64,000 nt of DNA from Candidatus Obscuribacterales bacterium. Its GTDB lineage: Bacteria > Cyanobacteriota > Vampirovibrionia > Obscuribacterales > Obscuribacteraceae. Below are positions 1 through 9,754 of the stretch, piece after piece (position 1 is the first letter of the stretch; the number at the start of each line of letters is the position of its first letter). A program made the position numbers and the translations under genes. The stretch covers positions 3,552,001-3,616,000 of the forward strand of contig CBDDIJ010000003.1 in assembly GCA_965228855.1 (NCBI GenBank). Reading direction: 5' to 3'. Under the pieces are notes generated by a model. That model did no database searches. It had not been told where the DNA came from and worked only from the letters and a program-made list of their open reading frames with translations.

Positions 1-357
1 GCAAATTCAGGCAGATCATCTTCCACTGTCGATGATGAAGAGGACGAGGATGAGGATGAGAACAACGAGAAAGCCACACCGAAACCGGCCCTGACGGATG
101 CCCAACGAGTTATCAATCACAAGAAAGAGGAAATAATGCGCACCGCTAAAAACGATTGCGCGCGAATCAAGAAGGCCGCAACCGAGCAAATTGAAGAAGA
201 AAGGGCAAATGCCAATCAGTACTGGCGGGATGAGGACGGAAAAGTATTCACGTCCATTAGTCCCGAACGGGAAGCTGAAATTCACCGAGAAGCTGAGGCA
301 AAGTGTAGGAAAGTCATGGAAGACGCGCAACGCAGGCTGGGCTCGTTAGGCAACTAG
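1..357 (+). CDS. 3' part of a hypothetical protein (5'-truncated by the window edge)
   Basis: Frame 1 is open from base 1 (ANSGRSSSTVDDEEDEDEDENNEK...) into the 136..357 ORF; acidic linker then helical C-terminus. Confidence 0.7.
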   Translation, partial: ANSGRSSSTVDDEEDEDEDENNEKATPKPALTDAQRVINHKKEEIMRTAKNDCARIKKAATEQIEEERANANQYWRDEDGKVFTSISPEREAEIHREAEAKCRKVMEDAQRRLGSLGN

Positions 358-375
358 CGCATAACTCTCGAATCG

Positions 376-1320
376 TTAAAACGTTGCGACGGGCTCAGTT
401 TCATTGCTCGATTCGGACACAGGCTCGTTCATCAGCTGAGAGCGCTTTTTGGCGTCCTCGTCGGAAGGTCCGTCAGCCGGCTCCGTCTCAACTGGATCGA
501 CGGCTGGATCTTCATCAGTTAGTGACGCAGGTATTGAGGGACTCAGTCCTTTATAGCGACGATTCAGGGAATCACGCGCCACTTCGAATGCGTGTGGACG
601 CACGGAGACGTCTCCACAAAAAGGCTCATCGTAAGTAGCCAGCAAAAAGACGTTTAAAAACAATACGAGATTGACGAGCGCGGTAGTGAATGACTGCATC
701 ACAACATTCTCGATACCGAAGAAAAGAACAAGAATTCCAGTTGCGAATGCCCCAATTAGAACAACTCCCCAAAGAACATGAGGGACGGAATAGCTCATTT
801 GCGTGGCGCGAATTCGGCGACAATCTCCAAGGCTAGCCATGCTCGACAGCATCGTCGTGTGAATGTTGTTTTCCCGGTTTGTCTGAGGTTCATAACTCAA
901 TACATCGGTCCAGATTTGACCATAGTGTTTCCACACCTCATAAGACATCTTGCGCTCTGCCATTTTCGGCCATTCATCTTCGATGACACCGTTGACGTAC
1001 TTGGAGCAGTCGCTCCGAATAATCAGCCCAGCTTTCTCAGGCAGACCGCGCGATAGCCGGTAGATGTCACTGATAGCACCAGCTTCGCGCTCAACATTTA
1101 GTCGAGCCTCCTCGAAGCGCGTCATCGCATTTGCCACCATGAAACCAAGCAAAATTGCAAACAATGTACCTACGCAAGCGAGCAACGGATCCGACACTTC
1201 ATGATGGTCACGCAAAAACCTCATGCCGATCATCTTACGAACTATCAGCATCGAAACGACGGACAATAGCATTGATGCGATGCCGAGCAAAATAGAGTGA
1301 CTCGTAATGAATTGTCCCAT
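376..1320 (-). CDS. DUF4239 / bestrophin-like membrane protein
   Basis: MGQFITSH start; TM pattern VGTLFAILLGF..., EAGAISDIYRL, RRIR, VPHVLWGVV, YDEPFCGDVSVRP typical of DUF4239; acidic tail. Confidence 0.75.
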   Translation of the reverse strand: MGQFITSHSILLGIASMLLSVVSMLIVRKMIGMRFLRDHHEVSDPLLACVGTLFAILLGFMVANAMTRFEEARLNVEREAGAISDIYRLSRGLPEKAGLIIRSDCSKYVNGVIEDEWPKMAERKMSYEVWKHYGQIWTDVLSYEPQTNRENNIHTTMLSSMASLGDCRRIRATQMSYSVPHVLWGVVLIGAFATGILVLFFGIENVVMQSFTTALVNLVLFLNVFLLATYDEPFCGDVSVRPHAFEVARDSLNRRYKGLSPSIPASLTDEDPAVDPVETEPADGPSDEDAKKRSQLMNEPVSESSNETEPVATF

Positions 1321-1447
1321 CGCCGTCTCCCAAAGTCGGACCTTAATGGATTTTACACCGTAACGGCGGTTCCTGATAGTACAAGGACGGTAGGATCCGA
1401 AATGGCACAGAGAAAAGCGTCTGTGGAAGTGGGCTGCAAAGGCAGAA

Positions 1448-1473
1448 GAGGCGATGTCTGAAGACATCGCCTC
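1448..1473 (-). terminator. Probable intrinsic terminator hairpin downstream of the TPR gene
   Basis: Perfect 11-bp inverted repeat GAGGCGATGTC-TGAA-GACATCGCCTC, followed on the minus strand by TTCTGCCTTT (weak U-tract). Confidence 0.6.
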
Positions 1474-1527
1474 CCTGGGGTCTTCGTAAGTGAATACGAA
1501 CCTTAACAGCTAGAACTTGTCCTTCAA

Positions 1528-3516
1528 CTACTGAGCTGAGGCAATGTTGACACGCTTGTCGAGCTTCAAGGCTCTAGTCTCAATCTTCTCAATGCGCTTA
1601 TTGATTTTCCTGGCGGCTTTCTCCGGCAACTCCGGTGATAGAGCAAGATAAGCACGATATTGAGTTGCGGCGTCGCGAAGACCTTCCGGCGATTTCGACG
1701 AAAGTTTTTCTTCTGATTGAGCAAGCCCCCAACGGGCTTGAGCTAAGCGCGGATTACCCGAGGTAGCAAGCCGGAAAGTGTCAACCGCCGAAGCGAGCTG
1801 ATTCCTCTTCGCGAGATCTTGACCCAGGTTAAGCTGTCTCGTCACTTCCTTACGTGCTTTCAAAACGCCGGTCATTCCGCGGCGAGCACGGTCTTGCTGA
1901 CCGAGTTCCGATGCTTTTTTGTAGGCACGTGAAGCAGTATCCAGATCCTTGATCATCAAGGCGAGATCGCCGACAGCAGCTACTTGAACAGGATCCTGGG
2001 TATTTTGTATAACCTTGTCCATCTCTTGTTGCGATTCAGCGAATTTGTTTTGAGCCAGAAGCGCTTCTGCATAGGCAATTCGTTCTGCATCATTGGTCGG
2101 TGTTCCAATCGATGCGAGATCGACGTCTTCCCCGGACAACGCTCTCAGTTTGGCTGACGCCAGTCTCAACCTCAAGTTGTTGGGATTGAGTTTGATTGCT
2201 TTCTCCAGTGAAATTTTCGCGCTTTCATATTCGTTGGAAGCGAGGAATGAACCTGATGTTTCCTTCGTCGCTTTGACGTAGAACGCACGGCTCAAACCGT
2301 CGACCAGAGCCGGGTCTTGGGGACGCAAAGTCAATGCTCGTTCAAAGGCTTTGATGGCGTCATCGGTTTTATCAACCTTCAAAGAGGCTTCACCGATGCG
2401 CTGTTGCAGTTCTGGTGATTCTCTATTGATTTCAGCGCCGCTTCGCAATTCAGCAATTGCAAGTTCCATATCACCACGATTTTCGCGGAGCGCAGCCATG
2501 TGCATGTATGGTTCGGGATGATGCGGATCGATCAAGCTAGCCTGGCGGTACTCCTTGAGAGCGCCAACAGTATTATTCTGAGATTCGTACTGCTGACCAA
2601 GTGCAAGGTGCAAATTGACCATTTTCTCGTACGCTTCCTTCATCTCAGGCTTTATAAGAGCCGCGCGCTCGTAGTTCTTCAACGCGGCGTCCGCGTTACC
2701 TTGAGCTTCATACGCCTTCCCGAGAGAGATGTGAACTGGTGCGCTATTGCGGTTGAGATAAAGTGCTGTGTTTAGCTCCTTCAGTGCCGCGTCAATCGAG
2801 CCTTGTTGAACCAAACTTTCACCCAACGCATAGTGCGCAGTCGAGTTTGCGGTGTTATTTTCAATTGCGCGTCGAGCGTTATTGGCGGCTTCGACAGGGC
2901 GATTCTTGAGTAGATCGATCATCGCGATTTGCGAGTACGCATCCGAATAAGTCGGATCTAGATTGATCGCTTCTTTGAACTTCTCGTACGCTTCGCCAAG
3001 TTTGTCTTGTTCCTTATAAGCACAACCGAGCGCGTAATGTGCTTGAGGGAACGCGGGATCGGCATCAATAGCTGCTCTTGCTTCGGTCTCGGCTGTAGAC
3101 AGAAGCTCTGATTTCTTGTCGATCAAAGTTTTAGAAGATGATTGAATACGGTTCAATGCGACAAACGCTTTTCCAGTGTGCGCGATTGCGTTATCAGGTT
3201 GTTTATCGAGAACTCTATCGAATTGCTCATCGGCACCATCGAGTTTGTACTGCATGACGAGAGACATTCCGAGTCCAGCAGTCGCATCAAGGTTGCGCGG
3301 ATGGCGCTTCATCTCTTTGCGGAAAGCATCAGCAGCTTCATCATATTTCCTTTGAAGCCAGAGGTTCTCACCTTTTTCTACCTGATAAGCAACTCTTCCT
3401 TTGAAGAGTTTTCCTCTTGTATAACCGGCTTCCGTCGCTGCCCCAGCATTTTGCGCCCCGGCAACTCCTATGAGGAGACTGGTACCGAGAATGGTGGATA
3501 GGACTACTTTCTTCAT
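1528..3516 (-). CDS. Secreted multi-TPR protein
   Basis: AAGGAG RBS before MKKVVLSTILG signal peptide; many TPRs (AHYALG..., AY.MA..DP). Confidence 0.88.
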   Translation of the reverse strand: MKKVVLSTILGTSLLIGVAGAQNAGAATEAGYTRGKLFKGRVAYQVEKGENLWLQRKYDEAADAFRKEMKRHPRNLDATAGLGMSLVMQYKLDGADEQFDRVLDKQPDNAIAHTGKAFVALNRIQSSSKTLIDKKSELLSTAETEARAAIDADPAFPQAHYALGCAYKEQDKLGEAYEKFKEAINLDPTYSDAYSQIAMIDLLKNRPVEAANNARRAIENNTANSTAHYALGESLVQQGSIDAALKELNTALYLNRNSAPVHISLGKAYEAQGNADAALKNYERAALIKPEMKEAYEKMVNLHLALGQQYESQNNTVGALKEYRQASLIDPHHPEPYMHMAALRENRGDMELAIAELRSGAEINRESPELQQRIGEASLKVDKTDDAIKAFERALTLRPQDPALVDGLSRAFYVKATKETSGSFLASNEYESAKISLEKAIKLNPNNLRLRLASAKLRALSGEDVDLASIGTPTNDAERIAYAEALLAQNKFAESQQEMDKVIQNTQDPVQVAAVGDLALMIKDLDTASRAYKKASELGQQDRARRGMTGVLKARKEVTRQLNLGQDLAKRNQLASAVDTFRLATSGNPRLAQARWGLAQSEEKLSSKSPEGLRDAATQYRAYLALSPELPEKAARKINKRIEKIETRALKLDKRVNIASAQ

Positions 3517-4234
3517 CGTTAACTCCTTAATTGGGTTTCTGCAAAGAGCACGCGCTCGTCGCAGATTTAAGTAGTGAGAGAAAAAGCTTGAACTGAAGCA
3601 AGTGATCTTCAAGGTCCAGATGAAGTGCCCGCAAACGGTACTTTTTCTCCTGACTGTCAATCAGCTGGGATGACATAGCGTCGGGTCATCGAATCCATGC
3701 CGAACAATCAGTAACGCGGTTTACTATACCGAAAGGTTCATCACAACAGCCCTCTCGAAGTCGTCAGGTGAAGAGGCAATTTGTAAAATCCAGTTTAGAA
3801 GACACGCAAAGCTGCAAAGAGAAATGCCTTTATGAATTCAAATTCAGAATGGTATCACCAACGATTACGGCGCGGATAACGCAGATGTGGAGCCTCTTTC
3901 AGAATCTTATCGGCATAACATCAATCGTTATCGGCAGGTGAAAAAGTTTCCTTTTCGTGCAAAAAATTCTGATCATTAGAAACTGATATCAGTCGCCGAA
4001 ATGATACAAGTCCTTCAGTCAAATTTCACCGAGCTCCGGAACTCAGCATCCTAGCTGAGCAATGATTAGTTCAACAAATTACCGGCATCATGATTTTGGC
4101 ACGGCAACCAGAGCTATCACCACCTGCGGTATCACCGATGCCATAGCCAAAGCTGATATAACTGTTTCATCCCAAACATCACCGTTGGTTGAACTATAAA
4201 ATTAGCAGTCCTGGGCTGAATGAGAGTGAGCTGA

Positions 4235-5146
4235 TTAGCTGGACTTTCGGGCAAGCACAACAGAAAAAGGCGCCGCCGTTCCGAGTCCTTTTAAAACGAC
4301 TCGAGACAGATCCTGTTGCGTGATCTTGGCACCTTCCAATTCAACCAGAACACTGCCGGCTATCTCAGTCAAGCTATCGCCCGATTGAACGAGTGATACC
4401 AACGCCGACTGAAGTGGAGGCAAACTTGGATTGTAAGCGACACTCTCGATGTACGAGCCCGAGTGAATACGACCGTTAGTCATAAGTATCGAAAAGCCGG
4501 AAGGCGAATTAGAATACGGTGCGTAGCTTTTGGCTGCTGCATTGAGCGCCGACTGTTTCAGCTTAGAACTTGAGGAATCGGAGTCGACGAAGCTCAGACC
4601 GGCTTGCGCTGGAGGCAAGGCACCATGCTTGTTGCCGAGGTGCGCGGGACCGAAATGTTCCGGAAGAAATTCGCCCAGTGTCATTTCAGCCGTATCCTTA
4701 ATAATAATCTTCAAGCTCACGTCAAGCGAAAACTCAGTCATGAACTGCCGGCAGTGTCCACAAGGAGCGGCGTTTACAGCGACTAACTTCACTTCCGTTT
4801 CGTCATGCGCAAAAGCATTGGCGAAGCCCGATTGCTCAGCGTGTATAGAGCAACCCAATCCCTGACCGGGAACTTCGAAGTTGCTTCCGAAGTAAACACA
4901 ACCACTCGCTCCGAGCAGCACGGCTCCTACGTAGTAGTGGCTTATCGGAACTACCGCTCGTGCGGCGGCCCGAGGGAGAAGACCGACGAGCAGATCTTCG
5001 ATCGGCTTGCCCTCAAGTTCGAGCATTGATTGTACTAGCGCGCTATCCAACATCCCTGAAAAGTTCGGCTGTTTTTCGTGCTCGCCAAGCAGTTTGAGAA
5101 CTGGATCTGTGAGCGCGTATTTTTTCGAACTCTTGATGTCTGCCAT
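4235..5146 (-). CDS. cdd: Cytidine deaminase, two-domain (E. coli-type homodimeric)
   Basis: HAEQ and PCGHCRQF zinc motifs; second domain SYAPYS...GSYIESVAYNPSLPPLQ. Confidence 0.92.
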   Translation of the reverse strand: MADIKSSKKYALTDPVLKLLGEHEKQPNFSGMLDSALVQSMLELEGKPIEDLLVGLLPRAAARAVVPISHYYVGAVLLGASGCVYFGSNFEVPGQGLGCSIHAEQSGFANAFAHDETEVKLVAVNAAPCGHCRQFMTEFSLDVSLKIIIKDTAEMTLGEFLPEHFGPAHLGNKHGALPPAQAGLSFVDSDSSSSKLKQSALNAAAKSYAPYSNSPSGFSILMTNGRIHSGSYIESVAYNPSLPPLQSALVSLVQSGDSLTEIAGSVLVELEGAKITQQDLSRVVLKGLGTAAPFSVVLARKSS

Positions 5147-5509
5147 TCCAAAATCCCGCCCAGCGCTAAAGAATATACAACGCATACATTATAAAACATC
5201 AAGAATTGGTATCGATCGGCAAATTAGAAAGCCGCATCACGCGCGCCACTCGTAGTTTTTGAAACTTTTCGTCTGATTGTGCATCGATTTCAGCATCCAT
5301 CTCCGACCAAAGGCCTGCGTGCTATCCCGGTGCTTGTGAGCAAGTGGGCATGCGGTTTCCAAGCGGACCTCCCTTAGAATTATCTTCTGAGATATCACGC
5401 TAAAAATGGAAACTTGCCGGTAGAACCGTCTGTCTAACAGAGCACTGATGGCTCAATCGCCTGTCACCAAATGTGGTGGCAAAGAAAACAAGCCGAAGGG
5501 GGCAAGATA

Positions 5510-5914
5510 ATGGAAACCCTAGAACAAAGAAAACAATCGAATCCGATTGAAGAGCAACCATCCTTCCGTATAAAGGATCTGATGCTCGGCGAACTGCTTT
5601 GCCAGGCGGGGGTACTTAACGATAATCGTTTGCTCGAACTTACTAAAATCGCGAGAGTTGCTCAAGCGACAATTGGATACGCGCTAGTTTCGACAAACCT
5701 CCTTACATCAAGCGAGTTGTTCGTCGCACGCCGTTTGGTTAATCGCTATCTTCTGGACTCAGACAATCCAGAAAAATACATAAGTGCGATGCGCAACCTT
5801 CTCCATAAGCAATTACAGAAGCAGCAGGCAACGAATCGTTCCAGCCTCAGTCTTGCCAAAATTACGAGAAAACACCTAGCCGCCACCAACGAAGCGCTAT
5901 TCTTGGTTTCCTAG
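5510..5914 (+). CDS. Small protein with a degenerate MshEN-like tandem motif
   Basis: MLGELLCQAGVLNDNRL...TIGYALVSTNLLTSSEL resembles RLGxxLLxxGxIxxxxL twice. Confidence 0.55.
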   Translation: METLEQRKQSNPIEEQPSFRIKDLMLGELLCQAGVLNDNRLLELTKIARVAQATIGYALVSTNLLTSSELFVARRLVNRYLLDSDNPEKYISAMRNLLHKQLQKQQATNRSSLSLAKITRKHLAATNEALFLVS

Positions 5915-5953
5915 TTCTGCGATAATTTAGCCTTCATTCAGGAGGTGATATCG

Positions 5954-6274
5954 ATGTCCCAGCAGGTCACAGTAGTCGCGCGCCTGGTCGCGAAGCCAGG
6001 CATGGAAGCTCGCGCCAAAGAAGAGCTTCTCAAGATGGTCGAGGAGACGCATAAAGAGCCCGGTTGCATCAATTACGACTTGCACGTCTTCCTCGATGAT
6101 CCGCGCGTTTTTCTTTTCCACGAGAACTGGGAAACAAAAGCTCATCTCGATAAGCACTTTCAGACACCCCACTTCCTTCATCTAGGTTCGGTGAAACCTG
6201 AGATTTTTGAAGATGCCGATGTCAAACTATATGGGATCATCAGCCAACCGAAACCAGCTGCAGTCGCAAAGTAA
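5954..6274 (+). CDS. Antibiotic-biosynthesis-monooxygenase (ABM/YgiN-like) protein
   Basis: GGAGG RBS; V.ARL.AKPG, EPGCINYDLH, FLFHENWE...LDKHFQTPHF. Confidence 0.88.
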   Translation: MSQQVTVVARLVAKPGMEARAKEELLKMVEETHKEPGCINYDLHVFLDDPRVFLFHENWETKAHLDKHFQTPHFLHLGSVKPEIFEDADVKLYGIISQPKPAAVAK

Positions 6275-6276
6275 GC

Positions 6277-6747
6277 CTACTGCCAGGAATAATCGGTCGA
6301 ATATCCGTTGCTTCGCGTAACCCGACCACCGGTTGGATTATCCGTTTCCCAGTAAGAGTCGTACGTACGCGCACGCGATTGACGCGGTGCGCGACTTGCA
6401 ATCGCCACCTTTTTTGCGGGTTTTCTGGCGACCTTGCGAACAACCGCGGGTGCGGCGGGGCGTGCCGGCGCAATCGGTTTAAATTTTACCGGAGTGCCAT
6501 TCTGTTCGGACAATTCAATTCTTCGAACCACCTGATCCGGCGAGAACTTCTGTAGTTCGCCGAGCGACCACACGAATAAACCCGCGCAGGTCGCTAACCC
6601 GACGAGCGTACTGATAGCCGGTATGGCAACTTTGAGACCGTCGTGACCCAGCACCTGCAATGCGATCTTGAGATCGTGCAGATCGCTTTTACGTCCTTGA
6701 TCAATCATTCGGAACTCCGTAGTAACATCGCTCAATGCGACTGACAA
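6277..6747 (-). CDS. Hypothetical single-pass membrane protein with basic Pro/Ala linker
   Basis: One hydrophobic segment, K/R/A/P-rich linker; fills the gap between neighbours. Confidence 0.6.
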   Translation of the reverse strand: MSVALSDVTTEFRMIDQGRKSDLHDLKIALQVLGHDGLKVAIPAISTLVGLATCAGLFVWSLGELQKFSPDQVVRRIELSEQNGTPVKFKPIAPARPAAPAVVRKVARKPAKKVAIASRAPRQSRARTYDSYWETDNPTGGRVTRSNGYSTDYSWQ

Positions 6748-7006
6748 TATTCTATCTATCGGTCTTTCAGGAAATAAAGTGTCATAGTTTCAGACTCATG
6801 TCAACAACACCGGTTCGGGACAGCCAAGACATCCAAACACCGCCCAGGTTCACCCCTTCCGGACATACACAAGTACTAACGCAGGACGGTTTCACTTCGC
6901 AACAATCAGGGCTAACCTATTGGCATCGAGCACACATCCCCCTGACATGCTAGTGTGGAAAAGAGTTCTTCGGAAATTTCCATTAGAATTTCGATTGCAG
7001 ACTGTG

Positions 7007-8812
7007 ATGAGCGAGATGCAGTTTAGACCGCGCGTTGACCAGCAGAAGCAGAAATTAACAGAAGCGCCAAAGGCGCTGCTCTTGTCTACCATGCTGTTTT
7101 TGTCTTCAGCAACAGCGCTAGCTTCTATTGCATCGCCGTGCTTTGCCATGAAAACACAGGCAGACTATGCGACGGAAAAGAAGGTCTACGATCTCGTCAC
7201 GAAAGCGGAGTCGCTAAGCTCGAACCGTGACTATGTGGCTGCGGAAAAGAACTTACGCGATGCTCTTGCTTGCGGCCCAAGCTCTTACACCGTGCACATC
7301 AGACTCGATCTCGCTGATTGCTACCGCGACCAGAAGAAGTATCCGGAGGCGATTGCAGAAACCGATATTGTTTTAAAACTGGACCCCAACGAGTCCAGCG
7401 CCATCTACAGGGCCGCGCTTATTTATAACGACATGAATAAAACAGATGAGTGCTTGGATAAACTGCGTGCCTACATTCGTGTCACAAAAGACCAGGGAAT
7501 GAAAAAGCAAGCTCAAGATTTTTTGCAGAAGGTAGGCGCATTTGCAGATTTGAATAAGGCGTCAAAGCTCGTGGAGAGCCGCAATTACAAGGAAGCGCTG
7601 AAGTATCTGGATAGCGAAACGTTGAAGGATCCATCGCCGTACTCTGCCACCGTGCATTCGTGCAAATCGTTCGCTTATCGTGCCATTGGTCAATCAGAAA
7701 AAGCCATAGTCGAAGGGAAAAAGGCTTTAGAACTGGACCCTACTGACAAAAACTGCGTGTATAACTTAGCGATCGCGTATCAGGATTTAGCGAAATTCGA
7801 CGAAGCGATCGCATCTTTAAAAAAATATGCGTCGATGGAAACAGACACTACGGCCCGCAACTCGGCTGAGACCTTCATGCATGAACTCGAGGTCGACCGC
7901 AAGCAGTTCGACTTAGAGGACAATAAAAGACAGGATTATTTCGCGCAACTGAGATCGCAGAAACATGTGGTGGCATGGCCGGAATCGAGACTACCACTTC
8001 GAGTCTACATTGCTCCAGGGACGGGAGTGAAGGGTTTTCAGAATTCTTTTCCATCATTCGTACCCAAAGCGCTTGATGCCTGGTGTTTAGCGTCCGGAAA
8101 GAAAATCAATTATGTTATAACGAAGGACAAATCGAAAGCCGATATCAAAGTGTCATGGACCAAAGATCGCTTATTCGGCAACGATAATGACAGACTGAAG
8201 ACCGGAATTACCCATCTTTCGACTGAAAACCAGCGAATCACAAACGCGGATGTTGAAATTCGCACCGTTGATCCTTTTAACCCGGAACGCAATGTGGAAA
8301 GCGGCGAATGCGCATCGGTTGTAATGCATGAGCTTGGGCACGCGCTCGGTCTGGGTCATTCCACATACATCTATGACGTTATGTATTTCAGATCCTCGAC
8401 CAAACAAACGGGCGAGCCAACAAAGCGCGACAATAACACACTGGCGCTACTGTACAAAAACCATCCCGGCGTCGAATTCGTGGCGAAGGCAGTACCTTCC
8501 ACAACGGCAGCAATTACTTATTTGCCGCCGCCCACATTTATGCCACCAAAATTGACCGGCACCAAAAAGATTGTACCGCCGTTATTTATGCCACCACCCC
8601 TGGTTTCACAGAAAAAGCTCCAGCCTCCTCTGTTTATACCACCGCCGCTGCAAAAAACCGCTGCATCCTCCGCCGAAACCAAACCAGCGGCAAGCTCGAA
8701 AAAGACACATGAGTCGAGGGATGCGCTGTTGTTTGTTCCCGCACCGGTGAACAAGAAATCGCCGCCCTCGCCACAACTGTTCGTACCACCGCCGTTAAAG
8801 AGAGGCGGCTAG
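7007..8812 (+). CDS. TPR + matrixin (M10-type metzincin) zinc metalloprotease with Pro-rich tail
   Basis: Hydrophobic signal-like segment, about 6 TPRs, HELGHALGLGH zinc motif, Met-turn DVMY; start uncertain (6920-7016). Confidence 0.88.
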   Translation: MSEMQFRPRVDQQKQKLTEAPKALLLSTMLFLSSATALASIASPCFAMKTQADYATEKKVYDLVTKAESLSSNRDYVAAEKNLRDALACGPSSYTVHIRLDLADCYRDQKKYPEAIAETDIVLKLDPNESSAIYRAALIYNDMNKTDECLDKLRAYIRVTKDQGMKKQAQDFLQKVGAFADLNKASKLVESRNYKEALKYLDSETLKDPSPYSATVHSCKSFAYRAIGQSEKAIVEGKKALELDPTDKNCVYNLAIAYQDLAKFDEAIASLKKYASMETDTTARNSAETFMHELEVDRKQFDLEDNKRQDYFAQLRSQKHVVAWPESRLPLRVYIAPGTGVKGFQNSFPSFVPKALDAWCLASGKKINYVITKDKSKADIKVSWTKDRLFGNDNDRLKTGITHLSTENQRITNADVEIRTVDPFNPERNVESGECASVVMHELGHALGLGHSTYIYDVMYFRSSTKQTGEPTKRDNNTLALLYKNHPGVEFVAKAVPSTTAAITYLPPPTFMPPKLTGTKKIVPPLFMPPPLVSQKKLQPPLFIPPPLQKTAASSAETKPAASSKKTHESRDALLFVPAPVNKKSPPSPQLFVPPPLKRGG

Positions 8813-9151
8813 CTAACCGGGCTTCTTCGACAGCTTCACGACCTCTACGTCGTCGAGACAGATCAGTCCCTCAGCGACCATCTCTTCAACAGTCGGCATA
8901 ATTGCCTCGATCCGCTCGGCACTGTCGATCACTATGATGATCTCGGGCAAGGCGCTAGACAGATCCATAATGCTTGCCGTATGAATTTTCTGGTGCCCGC
9001 CGAAGCCAGCAGAGCCTCTAACGACCGTGGCACCGGCACATCCTTCTTTGCGAAGCCGGTCAACCAGCGCAGCGCTGAGAACTTTACCGTGCCAGCGATC
9101 GGTTTCGTCGATGAAAATCATCAGACGTTTCATTACAACAGTTTCTCTCAT
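8813..9151 (-). CDS. DUF190 (PII-like) protein
   Basis: RLMIFIDETDRWHGK, GCAGATVVRGSAGFG, LSSALPEIIIVID; standard partner downstream of crcB. Confidence 0.9.
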   Translation of the reverse strand: MRETVVMKRLMIFIDETDRWHGKVLSAALVDRLRKEGCAGATVVRGSAGFGGHQKIHTASIMDLSSALPEIIIVIDSAERIEAIMPTVEEMVAEGLICLDDVEVVKLSKKPG

Positions 9152-9200
9152 GAGTACTCCAGGAATGTACAGGGAAAAACACTGTGCGGTTTGAACCGCA

Positions 9201-9602
9201 TTACAACAACTTGGCGAGCATGACGCCGACCACGACAGCTATGAATCCGAGAAGCAGATTGCCGCCAAGATTCACGAAAGCAAGCACGGGCTCACCCTTT
9301 TGATACAGCGCAAATGTTTCATAAGCGAGAGCACTGAATGTGGTGAAACCTCCGGCAAAACCACTTATCAGAAAGAAGCGCAGATTCGGATCGATCAAAC
9401 CAGGTTTGGCAAGCGCAGTTGTGGCAACAAATCCGATTAGCAGGCTGCCGATGACATTTACGATTAATGTGCCCCACGGAAATGTAGTGCCGAACCAGGT
9501 GCTGGCGTAATAACTGGTCAGAAAACGTGCGACGCAGCCGAATGTGCCACCGAGCGCGACTGCAAGAATTTCCATTGCGGCGGGGAGAGCGAGCGCGTTC
9601 AA
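9201..9602 (-). CDS. crcB: Fluoride channel Fluc/CrcB
   Basis: GGTFGCVARF, FPWGTLIVNVIGS, GFAGGFTTFS signatures. Confidence 0.95.
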   Translation of the reverse strand: MNALALPAAMEILAVALGGTFGCVARFLTSYYASTWFGTTFPWGTLIVNVIGSLLIGFVATTALAKPGLIDPNLRFFLISGFAGGFTTFSALAYETFALYQKGEPVLAFVNLGGNLLLGFIAVVVGVMLAKLL

Positions 9603-9754
9603 GAAAACATCCTTGTAATGGGTACTCCGACGCGAATTTTACCAGAGAACCAAGTAATACCAAAGCCTTGCCGATTTGGATACACTTTGGTCACACTTTC
9701 CGGAGTAATATCCTAACCGCGGTACTCGGCTAGTTGGGGAGCCAGCCCAAAATT

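Noticed and set aside
9603..9750. Fluoride riboswitch upstream of crcB
   Set aside because: The minus strand lacks the GGCGATGG...CGCC / GCTGATGAC...CT consensus
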